A DNA stretch of 64,000 bases, from the NCBI RefSeq assembly GCF_964213995.1, contig NW_027590121.1, forward strand, positions 558,001 through 622,000. Direction: 5' to 3'. Numbering within the stretch: the stretch's first letter is position 1; each line of letters starts with the position of its first letter. The position numbers and the translations under genes are program-made. This DNA is from Mustelus asterias. Its lineage: Eukaryota. Below are positions 25,721 through 37,411 of the stretch, one piece after another. Under the pieces are notes generated by a model that was given only the letters and a program-made list of their open reading frames with translations, made no database searches and was not told where the DNA came from.

Positions 25721-26647
25721 ATGGAGAAACCGTGGAAATGTGGGGACTGTGGGAAAGGATTCAAAGCTCCATCTGATCTGGAAATTCATCGGCGCAGCCA
25801 CACTGGGGAGAGGCCGTTCACCTGCTCTGTGTGTGGGAAGGGATTCACTTTATCATCCAGACTGCAGAGACACCAGCAAGTTCACACTGGGGAGAGACCG
25901 TTCGCCTGCCCTCAGTGTGGGAAGGGATTCAGTCAGTTTTCCAACCTGCGGACACACCAGCGAGTTCACACTGGGGAGAGGCCATTCAGCTGCTCTCAGT
26001 GTGGGAAGGGATTCACTCTGTCATCCAGCCTGCGGACACACCAGCGAGTTCACACTGGGGAGAGACCATTCACCTGTTCTCAGTGTGCGAAGGGATTCAG
26101 TCAGTTATCCAACCTACGGACACACCAGCGAGTTCACACTGGGGAGAGACCATTCACCTGCTCTCAGTGTGGGGAGGGATTCAGTCAGTTATCCAGCTTG
26201 CAGACACACCACCGAGTTCACACTGGGGAGAGGCCATTCACCTGCCCTCAGTGTGGGGAGGGATTCACTCAGTCATCCCACCTGCGGACACACCAGCGAG
26301 TTCACACTGGGGAGAAACCGTTCACCTGCTCTCAATGTGGGGAACGATTCACTCAATTATCCATCCTGCAGATACACCAGCGAGTTCACACTGGGGAGAA
26401 ACCGTTCACCTGCTCTCAGTGTGGGAAGGGATTCACTGACTTATCCAACTTGCAGAAACACCTGCGAATTCACACTGGGGAGAGGCCATTCACCTGCCCT
26501 CATTGTGGAAAGAGATTCACTGACTCATCCAGCCTGCAGAAACACCAGCGAGTTCACACGGGGGAGAGGCCATTCGTCTGCTCTCAATGTGGGAAGGCAT
26601 TCAGTGTTTCATCTGCCCTATTGAGACACCAACAAGTTCACGAGTGA
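25721..26647 (+). CDS. C2H2 zinc-finger protein, 11 fingers (ZNF-6)
   Basis: ACCATGG start MEKPWKC; intact; acceptor TTTTACAG|GA at 25378; putative intron 24184-25378. Confidence 0.9.
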   Translation: MEKPWKCGDCGKGFKAPSDLEIHRRSHTGERPFTCSVCGKGFTLSSRLQRHQQVHTGERPFACPQCGKGFSQFSNLRTHQRVHTGERPFSCSQCGKGFTLSSSLRTHQRVHTGERPFTCSQCAKGFSQLSNLRTHQRVHTGERPFTCSQCGEGFSQLSSLQTHHRVHTGERPFTCPQCGEGFTQSSHLRTHQRVHTGEKPFTCSQCGERFTQLSILQIHQRVHTGEKPFTCSQCGKGFTDLSNLQKHLRIHTGERPFTCPHCGKRFTDSSSLQKHQRVHTGERPFVCSQCGKAFSVSSALLRHQQVHE

Positions 26648-28039
26648 TTCCAGGGGTTGGATTCTGCTGTTGTTGTTCCTGCTCTCAGTTACATCCAGGA
26701 CTGCATTTTATTCATTCTCACAGTTGGTCAATGGGGAGGGTCGGAGGGTTTCTTTCTGTTGGACTGGTCGGTCTCATGATTTTGCCTCCAGTGAGCTGAT
26801 GCTCTTTGAGTCTTGTTGCGAATACCTGGTTTCAAATTTCACAAGGATCACAGAGTGACAGGATGTTAGGAAGTTCAGAGATATTTAGTCAGCATTTCTG
26901 TTTGAAACCTCCCAAATGCCCATCCAATTTCCTTTGTAATTGTTTATTGTCTCCACTTCCTCCACCCTCGTAGGCAGCGAGTTCCAGGTCATTACCATTC
27001 GCTGCATCAAAATATTCTTCCTCACATCCTCCCCCCCCCCCCCTGCATCTCTGACCCAAAACCTTAAATCTGTGACCCCCTCATCCTTGTCCCTTCAGCA
27101 AATGGGAACAGCTTTTCTTTGTCCACCTTATCTAAACCTGTCAGAATCTTGTCCACCTCTATCAAATCTCCCCTCAACCTCCTTTGCTCCAAGGGGAACA
27201 ACCCCAGCCTGACATTGACAATAAAGAACAAACTAACAGAATATGTTAATACCTGAAATCAAATGGGAATGTTTAATTTCTGTTTTAAAGATATTGTAAA
27301 TATATTGTCCTGGACAATAAAGGAATTGGAATAACTCACCTTGGGTGTGGTTGAATGGAATATATCAATCTGATATCCACCTACAGTCTAGTGAAAGTCT
27401 GGAATGTGTAGCTGGAAATCCCTCCCTAACAGCACTGTGGGTGTACTGACACCTCAGGCATTGTAGCAGTTCAGGAAGGCAGTGTTGGGGTTGACCATGG
27501 CCGAGGCAGCTACATACAGCCACATATTCTGTTATAATTGAAGGACAGCAGATTGAATGTGAGGCATTATGGGACTGGACTATCTTGACCACATTCCTGT
27601 GACTGCTCAGTTTCTGCAATCACGGACCATTAAGCTGCTTTGCAGGGCCCCGATAGAGGACCTGGTGAGAATATTTACTCAGAAGAGTTAGAGGTAAATT
27701 TGTTCAGCGGCTGAGATACCAAATCTGTGAACAGGGGGTCTGACCAATCAACAATCAACAGTTGACTAAAAAATTAAGAAGCATTCTCATGCATTGTTTA
27801 AATCAATTTATCCTAAATTTGTGATAAGAACTGTGAGGGACTTGTGACCCAATAGTCGGTGGTGACGGTATACTCCAAGTAGCACTGCACTGAAAAGTGG
27901 ACCTCTGAGAGTAGATTCTAATGGTTATAATCCTACCCAAGCATGGCCAGTGAAAAATCAGAGCTCAAGTGGGAACCGGACAGGTCTCTTACCTGCTATT
28001 TGGAAACTAAGAACAAGAAACTTATCGATTAAATGATTC

Positions 28040-28215
28040 GAGAATAGAACCAACGTTTCGAGTCTGGATGACACTTCGTAAGAGCGCTTATGAAGGATCA
28101 TCCAGACTCGAAACATTGGTTCTGTTCTCTCTCCACGGATGCTGTCAGACTTGTTGAGATGTTCCGGCATTTTCTGTTTTTGTTTCAGATTCCAGCATCC
28201 GCAGTATTTAACTTT
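28040..28215. mobile_element. Penelope termini in inverted arrangement
   Basis: 43-bp inverted repeat 28040-28082 / 28087-28129 followed by the pLTR tail. Confidence 0.75.
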
Positions 28216-29281
28216 TACGATAAAATGTTTAATCAAAATAGAGGGAGTGGTGGCAAAAAGATAAACAGGGTAAGGATGATAAATTCTGGGTTCTGATTCT
28301 CCGAGCCCATATAGAATTTTTAAAAATGAGTGAACCAGTTTATAAAGAACAGAAGTTACCCATCCCTAACAAAAACTGATCATATTAAAATAATTAAGGT
28401 GAGGAATATAACAAAAAAATTAATAGATGAAGTTTAAAATCAAGTTTGTTTTTTGTTAGAGAAGTTTTTTAAACTTGTGTAAAGTGATGTAATTGTGTGC
28501 CAAGTTTTTGCTGCTCACCCCCCACCCCTTTAGATTCTGTAGAAAAGTTCACCCTTTCAGCACACAGCTCATTTGTTTTTAAATTGCCTGAAAACTCATG
28601 TATATTTTAGTTTATAATTGAAGATTTATGGGAATTTGCTGAGGTAGCTGTTTGACATTTTTAAAGGATTGAAAAATGGTCTTGAGAAGCCACTTTGGTA
28701 GAGAGAGGTGGAGGGAGAGGTGTTTACATAGAGGTGTTGAGAGCTGTTGGTTTTACAAGTTATCCCCATTTTCAGAGCCGTCACTTCATGTCCTGGTCTG
28801 AGAGGGAGAGAAGTCTGTTCAATTGTTAAAGTAAAGCTTTCTTTATTAACTCTTAATCGATACTTTGTTTTTTATCTTTCTGACTTGGTGCATTTTTAAT
28901 GGTGAATAAACTTTCTGAATTCACCATTTAAAGTGTTCTTTCTTGCCATATGGTTAAGTCACTGGAACCTGGTGTGATTTACGATGAGGGAGGTTATTGT
29001 AAATAAGAGAACCCCCATAAATCTTAGTTCAAATAAATCAAAGTTCTTACAAATGGAATACAATCCGTTATTCCGAGAAAAATTGAACATAGAAGTAAAG
29101 ATGTTATACTTCAGTTATACAGGGCATTGCTGAGGCCACATCTTGAAAACTGGATGTAGTTTTTGTCTCCCATTTAAGAAATGATACAAATGCATTGAAA
29201 GTGGTTCAGAGGAGGTTTAATAGATTGCTTCCCAATTGTTGACCCTTACAGTATAACTTTTGTCCAATTTTCCTTGTCTTC

Positions 29282-29412
29282 AGCTGACAAAGATTCATCC
29301 TGACTCAAAATGTTGTCTCTATTCTCTCTCTACAGATGCTGTCAGACTTGCTGAGATTCTCCAGCATCTTCTGTCTCTGTTTCAGATTCCAGCAACAGCA
29401 GAATATTGCCGT
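29282..29412 (+). mobile_element. Penelope terminal fragment
   Basis: Degenerate CTGACAAAG..CTCAAAATG plus TCTCTACAGATGCTGTCAGAC tail. Confidence 0.65.
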
Positions 29413-30824
29413 TATCCCAATTCTTATTGGATCAGGGAATCAAAAGTATCGGCTGTAGAATGAGAATGTGGAACTCCACACAAACAGATCAGCCATGATC
29501 TAAATAAACGGTGGAGCAGATTCAAAGGGCCAAATGGCCGACTTCTGCTCCTATATCGAATTTGGTAACAAATTCCTGAAAATTGCAAAACAAGGCTGGA
29601 AGATTCGCCTTGCTTGTGTTAGTGGGAAAATGTCCAGGAGAACCATCACTGTGAAGGACAGTTCTGGGATTAAAGGTTGCCAGACTGGAAAAGGAAAACA
29701 ATGGAAATAAACCCTTGAGGAGTAAAGAATCACTTTGGACTCATTCTTGGAGAATTGAGTGTCAACATTCCAAGGCAGAGTAAAATATAACCGTTGACTG
29801 GGATATTTCATTGTGTTAAGAGTAAAAGGGCAAAGTTCAATTTTTTAGTTTAAGGGCAATGTTCCCTACGAAGAACAGTGTTTAGTCATTGTTGCTTCCA
29901 GTTTGTTGGAGTAAACATCATAGAACCTGAAGTTTTGTCTTGTGATTCTTTAATTTACTCACTGGGTTTAGAATTCATTTTTAAAAATTATCGATCGTTA
30001 GAGAGATGCTAACAGTTCATTTAAATTCCTGTGTTTCGACTTCCCATTTGAGCCTGGGGCACCTTTCTGTCTCTCTATTGCTCGTGTCAATGACAGCCAG
30101 GCAACGGAGCTGAGGGCTGAATTTAGCTGAGAATAATGGGGCCTGCGCCCCAGTTGGGAAACTGCCCTGGGCGTCGCACTGATAGAGAGACAGGAAGGTG
30201 CTGGAGGACTGAGTGGGAAATGGGCCTCCAACCAATTGTTATATCAGTCACTCAGAGCTAAAGAGAAACCCGTCTCTTTAAATACAGATACAGGGAAGAG
30301 GCTGCACTGAAATCTGTCCCTTTTAACCTGCACAGAAGCAGGAGGCTGAGATTGACAGGCTGCAGGAGTCCATTTAGCCCATCATGCCCCTGCTATCTCT
30401 TTGAAAGGATTCATGCTACCACTCTGCCCTGTTCCCACAGTCCTGCAAATTCTTCCCTTCAAGTCTTTACCCTTTGGAAAGATTCTATTGAATCTGCTTT
30501 CAGGCAGATCAGAACAACTCGCTGTGTCAAAAAATAAAATAAAATCTCATCTCCCCCTCTGGCTCCTTTGCCAATTACCTTAGAGGGACTCACTTTCTGT
30601 TAAAGAGCCTGCCAACCCCTCTCACCCACTTTCCCTAAAGTGCATCAATCAGGAAAAGACCAGAAAAATCAAATATTTTTACTGATAAAATGTATTAATG
30701 AAACAGAACATGATTAAAACAAACAGAAAATGACTTGAGGATCAAAGACAACCAGAGTAAAAGGATGTTCACAATGTTCTGGACACAAATGGTTTCTCTT
30801 TAATTCATCTGTAGCCTGTTCCCT

Positions 30825-31450
30825 GTCCTCTTTGTGGAACACCTCTGCTCAGTCCACAAGCATGACCCTGACCTTCCGCTTGCCATTAGAATTCACCACC
30901 TTGCTCTCACACTCACATTTCTGTCCTCGGCCTGCTGCAATGTTCCGGAGAAGCCCAACACAAGCTGGACAAACAGCCCCTCATCTTCCGATGAGGCACT
31001 TTACAGCCGTCTGGACTCAACATTGAGTTCAACAACTTCACACCCTGAACTCTCTCCTCCATTTTGATTTGTTTTTATTTGCTGAGTCAGCCTGCATCTT
31101 GTTTTCATGTTTTTTTCCTTCCAGACAGAGCTGTCCTTTATTCTGCCATTCACACTTACTCTGGACCAATGCTTTGTTTCTTTACCACAACCATTACCTC
31201 TCCCTTTGCCTTTTATTCCAGAACATTTTTGTCATTTAATCTTCACCCGCCCTCTAACCAATCCCTGACTTTCCCTTTTGTTCTATCTGACCCTCCCCCC
31301 TTTCTCACCAGCATCAAACCCATCACATTTCTCCCTCTCTTTATTTCTGAAGTAGAGTTACATTGGACGTGAAATATTAACTCTGTTTCTCTCTCCACAG
31401 ATGCTGCCAGACCTGCCGTGTTTTTCCACACTTTCTGTATTTATTTTAGA
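30825..31450 (+). mobile_element. Penelope-like element 3' end (GIY-YIG C-terminus plus pLTR)
   Basis: Degenerate EHL.SVHKHDPDLPLA..LGLLQC..KL..LIFR.GTLQPSGLNIEFNNF followed by the pLTR. Confidence 0.75.
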
Positions 31451-31716
31451 TCTCCCTGTAATGGGTGGAAAAATACTATTTACGACCCAGGATAAAATAA
31501 ATGTCCTTCACCAGCTTTTGTGGATCATTTCAGTGGAAATGTGCTCTCCCAGGCTCAAAAAGCATCAGCCCATTGGAAGCAAAGTCGTGAGAGCGGCCAG
31601 TCCAGCAGAAAGAAACCCTCCGACCCTGCCCATTGACGAACAGTAAGAATGAACAAAATGCAGTCCTGATGTAACTGAGAGCAGAAACAATAACAGCAGA
31701 ATTCAACCCCTGTAAT

Positions 31717-31945
31717 CACTCGTGAACTTGCTGATGTGCCTGCCGGCTGGATAGCTGAGTGAATCCCTTCCCGCACACAGAGCAGGTGAACGGCCTCTCC
31801 CCAGTGTGGATGACTTGCTAAATCCCTGCCCACACGTGGAACAGGTGAATGGTCTCTCCCCAGTATGAACCCGTTGATGAGTTTCCAGGTCAGACGGGCA
31901 ACGGAATCCCTTCCCACAGTCCCCACATTTCCATCTTTTCTCCAT
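31717..31945 (-). pseudogene. C2H2 ZNF pseudogene, 3 fingers, frameshifted (ZNF-7)
   Basis: TMEKRWKC start, frameshifting deletion in finger 2, family 3' UTR (31470-31715) and acceptor module (about 32310). Confidence 0.8.
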
Positions 31946-32929
31946 GGTGCCAGTATCCTTGTGTCTCTCCGGGTTGGACAATCAGTTCAAGATTCATCTG
32001 CACACAGAACATGTACAGTTTCACCTCACTTTGAATGGTGTGATATTTTTTCAAGCTGTGTAACTGGTGAAAGTTCTTTCCACAGTCAGTTCAATGGAAC
32101 GCTCTCACTCCGGTGTGTGCATGTGTCTCGGTGCTTTTCCAGTCACACTGATGTTTGAAATCTTTTCCCACAGACAGAACAGAGAAACATTTCTCCATCC
32201 ACATTCTAAGGTTGACAGTGTTCGTGTGCTGATAAATTGAGCAACTGTGAAATATTAGTAAGAATTTTGATTTGAGTTTCCTGTCTGTAAAACTTCCACT
32301 TCAAATATTCTGCAAAAGAAGTTTACAAAATCACTGTCAGTGTAGGAAAAAAAATCGAAACAGGCAATTCTCGTTTCTCTGGAATATTTTTTCCTCTCTT
32401 GTTCCCCTAAATCAGTAAATCCCCGTCCCACACACTCTCCCTCCTCCCTGGACTGAAATCCAAACCCATCTCACCATTTCTTTCCTCCACTCCCAGTTTT
32501 CTCTCTCCCTCTCCTCTGTCTGGGTTCAGTTCTCCAGCTGCTGTCTGCAGACTGACAATAAAACCAATGGGTCTTATTGGGGGTGTTGGGGCCTCCAGCG
32601 GGTGTTTGTGAATCCTCCCCGCCCACCTCCCAGGGTTTCCTTCCTTCCCAGAGATCAGAGTCCTCATTGATTTGAGGCCAAAGTGTAACCTTATTTATTG
32701 TCCCCCTCCCCCATCCTCTGATGTGAACCATCCTCCAGTGGCTGAGCCAGGATGGGGCCGTTAACCTGGGCCTGTTCCCGGGAGGGAGTGAGGGAGAAGC
32801 CCCGCAGCTGCAAACCAGGGAGCTGACAATGATTCTGAAGGGTTTGCGGATCCACAAAGTGTTTCCAAATCCTCCCAGCCACCGCCTAACGCTGACTCCG
32901 CTTCTCCGGGACAAACAAGCGCCAAGGAC

Positions 32930-33620
32930 AGCAATGACACTGCGCATGCTCCACATCACAATGCCTGGGGACTGATTGACGGCAGCTCCGGACCAATAGG
33001 AAGAGGGGGCGAGGCTGGTCCCCCAACCAATCGGAGTGAATGAGGGGCGGGACTGGAGGAACGAGCGGGAGCGGCTGGTCCTCCAACCAATCGGAGTCAA
33101 TGAGGGGCGGGACTGGAGGACCGAGCGGGAGCTGCTGGTCCTCCAACCAATCGCACTGAATGAGGGCCCGGACCAATAGGAAGAGTTCCCTATTCTTTGC
33201 ATGGGAGAGATGCACATGCGCAGTAAGCAACGGCGTTCGCAGTGCGGGTGACAGCGACTGGAGAGAAGTTCCTGTGTCTCATCAGCAGCCGGTAAGGATG
33301 CAGAAACATAGAGGGAGCAATGGAAGCGGCGGATGGACGTAGAGGGTTTCTAAATATCTGGTGAAGGCCTCAAACCTCGAATATGAGCCCGTAGGTCCCG
33401 TGTTTGCAGCTTCAGGTCTTTTTCCCGAGACGAAGCTCAGGTTAACGGCCGCCATCTTGATTCAGCGGGGAACAGAGCGCACGCGTTGGTGTCTTGGTGA
33501 CGCAACCGTGAGTGGGCGGGTCTTTGTGTTTCTGCTCCCACCGGGTCCTAATGCACCCATCGGGATTAATGCATTCCAACAATGAGCAATAGATTTTCAA
33601 ACAGCTTCACCCACTCCCAG
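32930..33620. promoter_or_regulatory. Bidirectional CpG-rich promoter between ZNF-7 and ZNF-8
   Basis: Five CCAAT boxes, GGGGCGGG GC boxes, TGCGCATG, YY1-type GCCGCCATCTT 33448-33458. Confidence 0.7.
33014..33168. repeat. 60-bp tandem repeat (about 2.6 copies) of a CCAAT+GC-box unit
   Basis: GCTGGTCCTCCAACCAATCGGAGTGAATGAGGGGCGGGACTGGAGGA.CGAGCGGGAGC. repeated. Confidence 0.9.
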
Positions 33621-33719
33621 GCTGCACCTGACGTTTGCAGCCGAGAGAAGTTGATGGGTCATGTACATATTCAGTGTGAGAGGTTGCATCCCTGTGTACT
33701 TAGCTGAAGCGGTTACACG

Positions 33720-34135
33720 GCTTTTGTACTCATTGGAGTTTAGAAGGTTGAGGAGGAATTTATTAAAACTTACAGGATACTTCGAGGCCTGGACAGAGTG
33801 GACGTGGAGAGGATGTTTCCACATCACAATGTTGGAAAAACTAGAACTAGAGGGCACAACCTCAGACTAAAGGGATGATCCTTTAAAACAGATGAGGAGG
33901 AATTTCTTCAGCCAGAGAGTGGTCAATCTGTGGAACTCTTTGCCACAGAAGGCTGTGGAGGCCAGGTCATTGAGTGTCTTTAAGATAGAGATAGATAGGT
34001 TGTTGATGAATAAGCAGATCAGGGGTTATGGGGAAAAGGTAGGAGAATGGGGATGAGAAAAATATCAGTCATGATTGAATGGTGGAGCAGATTCAATGGG
34101 CCGAGTGGCCCAATTCTGCTCCTATGCCTTATAGC
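33720..34135 (+). mobile_element. CR1 3' fragment
   Basis: LYSLEFRRLR..; TTCTTCAGCCAGAGAGTGG; CR1 tail. Confidence 0.8.
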
Positions 34136-34474
34136 CTTTTCGTTACACTTCAGCCCCAGGCTCCTCATGTTTACATAGAAGCGGAAGTAGATCATTCAGC
34201 TCTTTCAGCATTCCCTGCCATTCATTATAGTCATGGCTGATCCTCAAATTCAATACCCTAATCCCACCCCCCACCCCATAATATCCCTTTAGCCCCAAGA
34301 GATATATCTAATTGAAATCAGGCTCTACTTCCACTTTTGAGGAACGGAGATCCAAAGAGTCACAACCCACTGAGAGAAAAACATCTCATCTCTGTCTCTA
34401 TGGGCAGCACTGTTTTTTAAATAGTGACCGCAAGATTCTCCCATAAGAGTAAACAACAGTTCTAACAAGTTTTT

Positions 34475-35917
34475 AGAAGGTATTTTGAGAGACAGAATCT
34501 ACAGGCATTTAGAGACACAAGGACTGATTAGAGACAGTCATGTGAGTGGCATTTAGAGACAGCATGGCTTTGGAGTGGAAAATCATATCTCACAAATTTG
34601 ATTGAGTTTTTTGAAGGAGTAACCAAGAAGGTAGATGAGGGCAGTGCAGTTGATGTTCTCTACATGACCTTTCGCAAGGCCTTTGACAAGATACCACATG
34701 GTAAGTTGTTGCATAAGGTTAAATCTCACGGGATCCAGGGTGAGGTGGCCAATTCGGTACAAAATTGGCCTGATGACAGAAAAAGTCTCACAACACCAGG
34801 TTAAAGTCCAACAGGTTTATTTGGTAGCACAAGCCACAAGCTTTCAGAACACTGCCCCTTCATGAAAGAAGACAGAGGATGGTTGTAGAGGATTGTTTTT
34901 CAAACTGGAGGCCTGTGACCAGCGGTGTGCCTCAGGGATTGGTGTTGCGTCCACTGTTATTTGTCATTTATATTAATGATGTGGATGAGAATTTAGGAGG
35001 CATGGTTAGTAAGTTTGCAGACACCAGGATTGTGGCATAGTGGACAGTGAAGAAGATTATCTCTGATTGCAACGGAATCTTGATCAATTGGGCCAGTGGG
35101 CTGACGAATGCCAGATGGAGTTTAATTTAGATAAATGCGAAGTGATGCATTTTGGTAGATTGAACCAGGGCAGGACTTACTCAGTTAATAGTAGGGCATT
35201 GGGGAGAGTTATAGAACAAAGAGATCTGGGGGAACAGATTCATAGCTCCTTGAAAGTGGAGTCACAGGTGGACAGAGTGGTGAAGAAGGCATTCGGCATG
35301 CTTGGTTTCATTGGTCAGAACATTGAATACAGGAGTTGGTACGTCTTGTTGAAGTTGTACAAAACATTAGTAAGGCCACACTTGGAATACTGTGAACAGT
35401 TCTGGTCATCCTATTATAGAAAGGATGGTATTAAACGAGAAAGAGTGCAGAAAAGATTTACTATGATGTTACCGGGACTTGATGGTTATAAGGCGAGACT
35501 GGATAGACTGGGACTTTTTTTTCTGGAGTGCAGGAGGCTGAGGGGTGATCTTATAGCGGTCTATAAAACAATGAGGGGCATAGATCAGCGAGATAGTCAA
35601 TATCTTTTACCAAAGGTAGGAGAGTCTAAAACTAGAGGTCATAGGTTTAAGGGGAGAGATAAAAAGAGTCCAGAGGGGCAATATTTTCATACAGAGGGTG
35701 GTGAGTGTCTTGAACAAACTGCCAGAGGTAGTAGTAGAGGCGGGTACAATTTTGTCTTTTGAAAAGCGTTTCGACAGTTACACGGGTACGATGGGTATAG
35801 AGGGATATGGGGCAAATGCGGGCAATTGGGACTAGCTTCGGGGTTAAAAAAAGGGGCGGCATGGACAAGTTGGACTGAAGGGCCTGTTTCAATGCTATAA
35901 ACCTCTATGACTCTATG
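34475..35917 (+). mobile_element. CR1 (HER1-like) LINE, frameshifted, interrupted by a Penelope fragment at about 34781-34866
   Basis: High similarity to 20008-21375; tail CTCTATGACTCTATGA. Confidence 0.92.
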
Positions 35918-36861
35918 AATCTCTGCATCCAAGACCTTTCAGGATGTGAAAGGTTTCAATTAAGTTGCCTCTTACTCTTTTAAACTCGAGCAGAAGCTAA
36001 ACTCGAGCAGAGACTGTCTCACTGCTCCTCATCAGACAATCCACCTATTCCAGGTATTAGTCTACTAAACCTACTATGAACTTCTTCTAATGCACTTATA
36101 TTTTTCCTTAAATAAGGAAATCGATAATGTAGACATTGCTCCAGATACAGACTCACCGTGTGCAACTGAAACATAACTTCCCTGCTTTTACTCCATTCCC
36201 CTCATAACAAATAATAGCTTTCTGAATTACTTGTACCTGGATTTTCTATCGTGATGGATTTTGAACACTTTTTTTTTACAGGGGGTTAGAAATTGAGGAT
36301 TTACACACCACAAGCTCAAACCAAGAGAAAATGTTGTCTCTTCTGATACGGGCTTTCTGAATGGGATAAGTAGGTAGATGTGAATGGAATGTTTCCACTT
36401 GTTGGTTTTTCCTTTACTGGGAACCATGAACAGACAACAAATAAATCAAACAGGAAAATAGGAGATGTTTCTTTCTTCAGACAGTTGTTAGAATTTGGAA
36501 CTCACTGCGACTGGAAGTGGTTGACACAAATACTTTAGATGCTTTCAAAAGGAAAATATATGAGCCTATGAGAGAAAAGGGATTGGAAAAATCAACTGAA
36601 AAGCTGAGATGTGGTGATCAGAATGAGAGGATACCCATGTGGAGTATAAACTCCAGTACAGACTCGATAAACCGAATGGCCTGTTTGTGTATTCTCCTTC
36701 CATGTTCAAAGACAATAACAATCAGCTCCTAATGATCCGAGTGACTGTCAGATCTCGACGTGATGTTTGGTTTGTGTTTTCTTGCTGTAAATCCTCCTTT
36801 CCAATATCCTGTAACGGGAGTTTACAAAAGTCATCACTGTCAGTCCAGGATAGATATATTC

Positions 36862-37196
36862 ATAGAATTCCACAGCTCGGAAGGAGGCTATTTGGCCCAT
36901 CAAATCGACTCTCCGACAGAGCATCCCACCAAGGCCCCAACAACATAACCCAACTTATTTACCCCACTAATCTCCCTCACGTACACATCCTGGGGGAAAA
37001 ATTGATAATTTAGCATGGCCAATCCACTAACCTGAATATCTTTGGACTGTGGGAGAAAACCGGAGCACCCGGAGGAAACCCACGCAGACAAGTGGAGAAT
37101 GTGCAAACTCCACACAGACAGGTAACCACGGCCGGAATCGAACCCAGGTCCCTGGCGCTGTGAGGCAGGAGGACTAACCACTGTGCCACCGTGCCA
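36862..37196 (-). mobile_element. HE1/V-SINE-like SINE
   Basis: Reverse-complement full-length copy. Confidence 0.85.
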
Positions 37197-37411
37197 GCCA
37201 CGTAATTCTTTGTAAACTTATTTTGCAGGAAATAGAAGAGGAGGATTTGCAGTCTGGACAAACAAATCTCACGTCAGACAGAGTCAATCAATTCATTGGG
37301 ATGTGAAGATTTGTACATCTGAAGGGATTTAATTGACCATCTCAGTTGGAAACTGGTGAGAATCTGTTTCCTTGCTCCTCCTGTGGGGAGGGATTGATAC
37401 AGCTGGAAAAC

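Noticed and set aside
25740-26624. Long overlapping ORFs in shifted frames of ZNF arrays (also 25831, 52386, 52489, 59445)
   Set aside because: Expected by-product of repeated stop-free 84-bp units; mostly non-ATG starts and no independent coding evidence
27600-30330. Possible LTR-like segments (also 5450-5700, 49000-49950, 56400-56790)
   Set aside because: No paired LTR, PBS, TSD or gag/pol motif could be established by eye
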